A stretch of 64,000 nt of DNA, taken from the NCBI GenBank assembly GCA_964016885.1, contig OZ024758.1, forward strand, positions 37,758,001-37,822,000, written 5' to 3'. The notes under the pieces were generated by a model that did no database searches, was not told where the DNA came from, and worked only from the letters and a program-made list of their open reading frames with translations. This DNA comes from Eledone cirrhosa. Its lineage: Eukaryota. Position numbers and translations under genes: made by a program. Shown here piece by piece: positions 57,010-64,000 of this stretch. Numbering within the stretch: position 1 is the first letter of the stretch; the number at the start of each line of letters is the position of its first letter.

Positions 57010-60000
57010 TTCATGGTATTAGCTGTCAGAAGTAACTCCACTGTTGGTAAGAATTCATTTAAGTTCATGGTATTAGCTGTCAGAAGTAACTCCACTGTTG
57101 GTGAGAATTCATTTAAGTTCATGGTATTAGCTGTCAGAAGGAACGCCACTGTTGGTGAGAATTCATTTAAGTTCATGGTATTAGCTGTCAGAAGTAACTC
57201 CACTGTTGGTGAGAATTCATTTAAGTTCATGGTACTAGCTGTCAGAAGTAACTCCAATGTTGGTGAGAATTCATTTAAGTTCATGGTATTAGCTGTCAGA
57301 AGGAACTCCACTGTTGCTGAGAATTCATTTAAGTTCATGGTATTAGCTGTCAGAAGTAACTCCACTGTTGGTGAGAATTCATTTAAGTTCATGGTACTAG
57401 CTGTCAGAAGTAACTCCACTGTTGGTGAGAATTCATTTAAGTTCATGGTACTAGCTGTCAGAAGTAACTCCACTGTTGGTGAGAATTCATTTAAGTTCAT
57501 GGTATTAGCTGTCAGAAGTAACTCCACTGTTGGTGAGAATTCATTTAAGTTCATGGTATTAGCTGTCAGAAGTAACTCCACTGTTGGTGAGAATTCATTT
57601 AAGTTCATGGTATTAGTTTGTCAGAAGTAACTCCACTGTTGGTGAGAATTCATTTAAGTCATGGTATTAGTTGTCAGAAGTAACTCCAATGTTGGTGAGA
57701 ATTCATTTAAGTCCATGGTACTAGCTGTCAGAAGTAACTCCACTGTTGGTGAGAATTCATTTAAGTTCATGGTATTAGCTGTCAGAAGTAACTCCACTGT
57801 TGGTGAGAATTCATTTAAGTCATGGTACTGGCTGTCAGAAGTAACTCCAATGTTGGTGAGAATTCATTTAAGTTCATGGTATTAGCTGTCAGAAGTAACT
57901 CCACTGTTGGTGAGAATTCATTTAAGTTCATGGTATTAGCTGTCAGAAGGAACGCCACTGTTGGTGAGAATTCATTTAAGTTCATGGTATTAGCTGTCAG
58001 AAGTAACTCCACTGTTGGTGAGAATTCATTTAAGTTCATGGTACTAGTTGTCAGAAGTAACTCCAATGTTGGTGAGAATTCATTTAAGTTCATGGTATTA
58101 GCTGTCAGAAGGAACTCCACTGTTGCTGAGAATTCATTTAAGTTCATGGTATTAGCTGTCAGAAGTAACTCCACTGTTGGTGAGAATTCATTTAAGTTCA
58201 TGGTATTAGCTGTCAGAAGTAACTCCACTGTTGGTGAGAATTCATTTAAGTCATGGTATTAGCTGTCAGAAGTAACTCCAATGTTGGTGAGAATTCATTT
58301 AAGTTCATGGTATTAGCTGTCAGAAGTCACTCCACTGTTGGTGAGAATACATTTAAGTTCATGGTACTAGCTGTCAGAAGTAACCCCAATGTTGGTGAGA
58401 ATTCATTTAAGTTCATGGTATTAGCTGTCAGAAGTCACTCCAATGTTGGTGAGAATTCATTTAAGTTCATGGTATTAGCTGTCAGAAGTAACTCCACTGT
58501 TGGTAAGAATTCATTTAAGTTCATGGTATTAGCTGTCAGAAGTAACTCCACTGTTGGTGAGAATTCATTTAAGTTCATGGTATTAGCTGTCAGAAGGAAC
58601 GCCACTGTTGGTGAGAATTCATTTAAGTTCATGGTATTAGCTGTCAGAAGTAACTCCACTGTTGGTGAGAATTCATTTAAGTTCATGGTACTAGCTGTCA
58701 GAAGTAACTCCAATGTTGGTGAGAATTCATTTAAGTTCATGGTATTAGCTGTCAGAAGGAACTCCACTGTTGCTGAGAATTCATTTAAGTTCATGGTATT
58801 AGCTGTCAGAAGTAACTCCACTGTTGGTGAGAATTCATTTAAGTTCATGGTACTAGCTGTCAGAAGTAACTCCACTGTTGGTGAGAATTCATTTAAGTTC
58901 ATGGTATTAGCTGTCAGAAGTCACTCCAATGTTGGTGAGAATTCATTTAAGTTCATGGTATTAGCTGTCAGAAGTCACTCCACTGTTGGTGAGAATTCAT
59001 TTAAGTTCATGGTACTAGCTGTCAGAAGTAACCCCAATGTTGGTGAGAATTCATTTAAGTTCATGGTATTAGCTGTCAGAAGTCACTCCAATGTTGGTGA
59101 GAATTCATTTAAGTTCATGGTATTAACTGTCAGAAGTAACTCCACTGTTGGTGAGAATTCATTTAAGTTCATGGTATTAGCTGTCAGAAGTAACTCCACT
59201 GTTGGTGAGAATTCATTTAAGTTCATGGTATTAGCTGTCAGAAGTAACTCCACTGTTGGGGAGAATTCATTTAAGTCATGGTATTAGCTGTCAGAAGTAA
59301 CTCCAATGTTGGTGAGAATTCATTGAAGTTCATGGTATTAGTTGTCAGAAGTCACTCCACTGTTGGTGAGAATTCATTTAAGTTCATGGTACTAGCTGTC
59401 AGAAGTAACCCCAATGTTGGTGAGAATTCATTTAAGTTCATGGTATTAGCTGTCAGAAGTCACTCCAATGTTGGTGAGAATTCATTTAAGTTCATGGTAT
59501 TAGCTGTCAGAAGTAACTCCACTGTTGGTGAGAATTCATTTAAGTTCATGGTATTAGCTGTCAGAAGTAACTCCACTGTTGGTGAGAATTCATTTAAGTT
59601 CATGGTATTAGCTGTCAGAAGTAACTCCACTGTTGGTGAGAATTCATTTAAGTTCATGGTATTAGCTGTCAGAAGTCACTCCAATGTTGGTGAGAATTCA
59701 TTTAAGTCATGGTACTAGCTGTCAGAAGTAACTCCACTGTTGGTGAGAATTCATTTAAGTTCATTGTATTAGCTGTCAGAAGGAACGCCACTGTTGGTGA
59801 GAATTCATTTAAGTTCATGGTATTAGCTGTCAGAAGTAACTCCACTGTTGGTGAGAATTCATTTAAGTTCATGGTACTAGCTGTCAGAAGTAACTCCAAT
59901 GTTGGTGAGAATCCATTTAAGTTCATGGTATTAGCTGTCAGAAGGAACTCCACTGTTGCTGAGAATTCATTTAAGTTCATGGTATTAGCTGTCAGAAGTA

Positions 60001-63000
60001 ACTCCACTGTTGGTGAGAATTCATTTAAGTTCATGGTACTAGCTGTCAGAAGTCACTCCACTGTTGGTGAGAATACATTTAAGTTCATGGTACTAGCTGT
60101 CAGAAGTAACCCCAATGTTGGTGAGAATTCATTTAAGTTCATGGTATTAGCTGTCAGAAGTCACTCCAATGTTGGTGAGAATTCATTTAAGTTCATGGTA
60201 TTAGCTGTCAGAAGTAACTCCACTGTTGGTAAGAATTCATTTAAGTTCATGGTATTAGCTGTCAGAAGTAACTCCACTGTTGGTGAGAATTCATTTAAGT
60301 TCATGGTATTAGCTGTCAGAAGGAACGCCACTGTTGGTGAGAATTCATTTAAGTTCATGGTATTAGCTGTCAGAAGTAACTCCACTGTTGGTGAGAATTC
60401 ATTTAAGTTCATGGTACTAGCTGTCAGAAGTAACTCCACTGTTGGTGAGAATTCATTTAAGTTCATGGTATTAGCTGTCAGAAGTAACTCCACTGTTGGT
60501 AAGAATTCATTTAAGTTCATGGTATTAGCTGTCAGAAGTAACTCCACTGTTGGTGAGAATTCATTTAAGTTCATGGTATTAGCTGTCAGAAGGAACGCCA
60601 CTGTTGGTGAGAATTCATTTAAGTTCATGGTATTAGCTGTCAGAAGTAACTCCACTGTTGGTGAGAATTCATTTAAGTTCATGGTACTAGCTGTCAGAAG
60701 TAACTCCAATGTTGGTGAGAATTCATTTAAGTTCATGGTATTAGCTGTCAGAAGGAACTCCACTGTTGCTGAGAATTCATTTAAGTTCATGGTATTAGCT
60801 GTCAGAAGTAACTCCACTGTTGGTGAGAATTCATTTAAGTTCATGGTACTAGCTGTCAGAAGTAACTCCACTGTTGGTGAGAATTCATTTAAGTTCATGG
60901 TACTAGCTGTCAGAAGTAACTCCACTGTTGGTGAGAATTCATTTAAGTTCATGGTATTAGCTGTCAGAAGTAACTCCACTGTTGGTGAGAATTCATTTAA
61001 GTTCATGGTATTAGCTGTCAGAAGTAACTCCACTGTTGGTGAGAATTCATTTAAGTTCATGGTATTAGTTTGTCAGAAGTAACTCCACTGTTGGTGAGAA
61101 TTCATTTAAGTCATGGTATTAGTTGTCAGAAGTAACTCCAATGTTGGTGAGAATTCATTTAAGTTCATGGTACTAGCTGTCAGAAGTAACTCCACTGTTG
61201 GTGAGAATTCATTTAAGTTCATGGTATTAGCTGTCAGAAGTAACTCCACTGTTGGTGAGAATTCATTTAAGTCATGGTACTGGCTGTCAGAAGTAACTCC
61301 AATGTTGGTGAGAATTCATTTAAGTTCATGGTATTAGCTGTCAGAAGTAACTCCACTGTTGGTGAGAATTCATTTAAGTTCATGGTATTAGCTGTCAGAA
61401 GGAACGCCACTGTTGGTGAGAATTCATTTAAGTTCATGGTATTAGCTGTCAGAAGTAACTCCACTGTTGGTGAGAATTCATTTAAGTTCATGGTACTAGT
61501 TGTCAGAAGTAACTCCAATGTTGGTGAGAATTCATTTAAGTTCATGGTATTAGCTGTCAGAAGGAACTCCACTGTTGCTGAGAATTCATTTAAGTTCATG
61601 GTATTAGCTGTCAGAAGTAACTCCACTGTTGGTGAGAATTCATTTAAGTTCATGGTATTAGCTGTCAGAAGTAACTCCACTGTTGGTGAGAATTCATTTA
61701 AGTCATGGTATTAGCTGTCAGAAGTAACTCCAATGTTGGTGAGAATTCATTTAAGTTCATGGTATTAGCTGTCAGAAGTCACTCCACTGTTGGTGAGAAT
61801 ACATTTAAGTTCATGGTACTAGCTGTCAGAAGTAACCCCAATGTTGGTGAGAATTCATTTAAGTTCATGGTATTAGCTGTCAGAAGTCACTCCAATGTTG
61901 GTGAGAATTCATTTAAGTTCATGGTATTAGCTGTCAGAAGTAACTCCACTGTTGGTAAGAATTCATTTAAGTTCATGGTATTAGCTGTCAGAAGTAACTC
62001 CACTGTTGGTGAGAATTCATTTAAGTTCATGGTATTAGCTGTCAGAAGGAACGCCACTGTTGGTGAGAATTCATTTAAGTTCATGGTATTAGCTGTCAGA
62101 AGTAACTCCACTGTTGGTGAGAATTCATTTAAGTTCATGGTACTAGCTGTCAGAAGTAACTCCAATGTTGGTGAGAATTCATTTAAGTTCATGGTATTAG
62201 CTGTCAGAAGGAACTCCACTGTTGCTGAGAATTCATTTAAGTTCATGGTATTAGCTGTCAGAAGTAACTCCACTGTTGGTGAGAATTCATTTAAGTTCAT
62301 GGTACTAGCTGTCAGAAGTAACTCCACTGTTGGTGAGAATTCATTTAAGTTCATGGTATTAGCTGTCAGAAGTCACTCCAATGTTGGTGAGAATTCATTT
62401 AAGTTCATGGTATTAGCTGTCAGAAGTCACTCCACTGTTGGTGAGAATTCATTTAAGTTCATGGTACTAGCTGTCAGAAGTAACCCCAATGTTGGTGAGA
62501 ATTCATTTAAGTTCATGGTATTAGCTGTCAGAAGTCACTCCAATGTTGGTGAGAATTCATTTAAGTTCATGGTATTAACTGTCAGAAGTAACTCCACTGT
62601 TGGTGAGAATTCATTTAAGTTCATGGTATTAGCTGTCAGAAGTAACTCCACTGTTGGTGAGAATTCATTTAAGTTCATGGTATTAGCTGTCAGAAGTAAC
62701 TCCACTGTTGGGGAGAATTCATTTAAGTCATGGTATTAGCTGTCAGAAGTAACTCCAATGTTGGTGAGAATTCATTGAAGTTCATGGTATTAGTTGTCAG
62801 AAGTCACTCCACTGTTGGTGAGAATTCATTTAAGTTCATGGTACTAGCTGTCAGAAGTAACCCCAATGTTGGTGAGAATTCATTTAAGTTCATGGTATTA
62901 GCTGTCAGAAGTCACTCCAATGTTGGTGAGAATTCATTTAAGTTCATGGTATTAGCTGTCAGAAGTAACTCCACTGTTGGTGAGAATTCATTTAAGTTCA

Positions 63001-63900
63001 TGGTATTAGCTGTCAGAAGTAACTCCACTGTTGGTGAGAATTCATTTAAGTTCATGGTATTAGCTGTCAGAAGTAACTCCACTGTTGGTGAGAATTCATT
63101 TAAGTTCATGGTATTAGCTGTCAGAAGTCACTCCAATGTTGGTGAGAATTCATTTAAGTCATGGTACTAGCTGTCAGAAGTAACTCCACTGTTGGTGAGA
63201 ATTCATTTAAGTTCATTGTATTAGCTGTCAGAAGGAACGCCACTGTTGGTGAGAATTCATTTAAGTTCATGGTATTAGCTGTCAGAAGTAACTCCACTGT
63301 TGGTGAGAATTCATTTAAGTTCATGGTACTAGCTGTCAGAAGTAACTCCAATGTTGGTGAGAATCCATTTAAGTTCATGGTATTAGCTGTCAGAAGGAAC
63401 TCCACTGTTGCTGAGAATTCATTTAAGTTCATGGTATTAGCTGTCAGAAGTAACTCCACTGTTGGTGAGAATTCATTTAAGTTCATGGTACTAGCTGTCA
63501 GAAGTCACTCCACTGTTGGTGAGAATACATTTAAGTTCATGGTACTAGCTGTCAGAAGTTACCCCAATGTTGGTGAGAATTCATTTAAGTTCATGGTATT
63601 AGCTGTCAGAAGTCACTCCAATGTTGGTGAGAATTCATTTAAGTTCATGGTATTAGCTGTCAGAAGTAACTCCACTGTTGGTAAGAATTCATTTAAGTTC
63701 ATGGTATTAGCTGCCAGAAGTAACTCCACTGTTGGTGAGAATTCATTTAAGTTCATGGTATTAGCTGTCAGAAGGAACGCCACTGTTGGTGAGAATTCAT
63801 TTAAGTTCATGGTATTAGCTGTCAGAAGTAACTCCACTGTTGGTGAGAATTCATTTAAGTTCATGGTACTAGCTGTCAGAAGTAACTCCAATGTTGGTGA
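57010..63900. repeat. 3452-bp (64-monomer) tandem duplication
   Basis: ORF starts 57661/61113, 57822/61274, 58253/61705 and 59278/62730 differ by 3452. Rare variants cattGaag (59325/62777), ttggGgag, gaatCcat, ttaActgt and ttcatTgta repeat at the same offset. Confidence 0.92.
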
Positions 63901-64000
63901 GAATTCATTTAAGTTCATGGTATTAGCTGTCAGAAGTCACTCCACTGTTGGTGAGAATTCATTTAAGTTCATGGTACTAGCTGTCAGAAGTAACCCCAAT

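Larger units (their letters stand above)
1..64000. repeat. Tandem satellite array of a 54-bp monomer (ATGGTATTAGCTGTCAGAAGTAACTCCACTGTTGGTGAGAATTCATTTAAGTTC), about 1,190 copies, running off both window ends
   Basis: The same unit recurs every 53-55 bp from base 1 to 64000, typically with 0-3 differences per copy and in a single orientation. Consensus GC is 20/54. GAATTC (EcoRI) and AGCT (AluI) occur in almost every unit. Common variants are gtaTtag/gtaCtag, ccaCtg/ccaAtg, agTaac/agGaac/agtCac, and a 53-bp form (aagtcatg in place of aagttcatg). Confidence 0.99.

Noticed and set aside
37-63918. All ORFs in the track (up to 457 aa) as protein-coding genes
   Set aside because: They are translations of the 54-bp repeat with no unique N- or C-terminal domain. 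They are broken by recurrent frameshifts, open on both strands, and their common variants are often non-synonymous.
1-64000. CRISPR array
   Set aside because: There are no unique spacers. The whole 54-bp period is conserved and no cas genes are present.
1-64000. Telomeric repeat, rDNA/tRNA/snRNA tandem array, or transposon-derived repeat
   Set aside because: There is no short G-rich telomere motif, no recognisable RNA-gene sequence or pol III boxes, and no terminal repeats or transposase/RT remnants.
1-64000. Synthetic concatemer or rolling-circle sequencing artefact (EcoRI site in each unit)
   Set aside because: Variants are inherited in nested, ordered blocks with positional gradients. 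That pattern fits evolution by duplication, not random read error or ligation.
1-64000. Assignment to a named satellite family or species
   Set aside because: I do not recognise the monomer with confidence, and unit length plus an EcoRI site is not diagnostic. A database search is needed.

Overview
The whole 64 kb window is one uninterrupted, head-to-tail tandem array of a 54-bp satellite monomer: about 1,190 copies, about 37% GC, one EcoRI site per monomer. The consensus is ATGGTATTAGCTGTCAGAAGTAACTCCACTGTTGGTGAGAATTCATTTAAGTTC. All copies lie in the same orientation. I found no unique sequence, transposon, RNA gene, CRISPR spacer or credible protein-coding gene. The ORF track is a by-product of a 54-bp (18-codon) unit that has no stop in one frame on each strand, and these ORFs are repeatedly broken by 1-bp indels. 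The informative structure lies in the monomer variants, which record nested duplications. These include tandem units of 322, 377, 914, 1184, 1510, 1779, 3452 and about 4471 bp, dispersed copies at offsets of 3987, 4683 and 18732 bp, and an ancestral super-repeat of about 5.7-6 kb. The diagnostic variants also turn over from left to right across roughly 37-45 kb. This is most consistent with eukaryotic (peri)centromeric or other heterochromatic satellite DNA, but organism and function cannot be determined from the sequence alone. I do not see evidence for a novel gene system. Offsets were derived by hand from the ORF-track coordinates and spot-checked against rare variants, so block edges are approximate.
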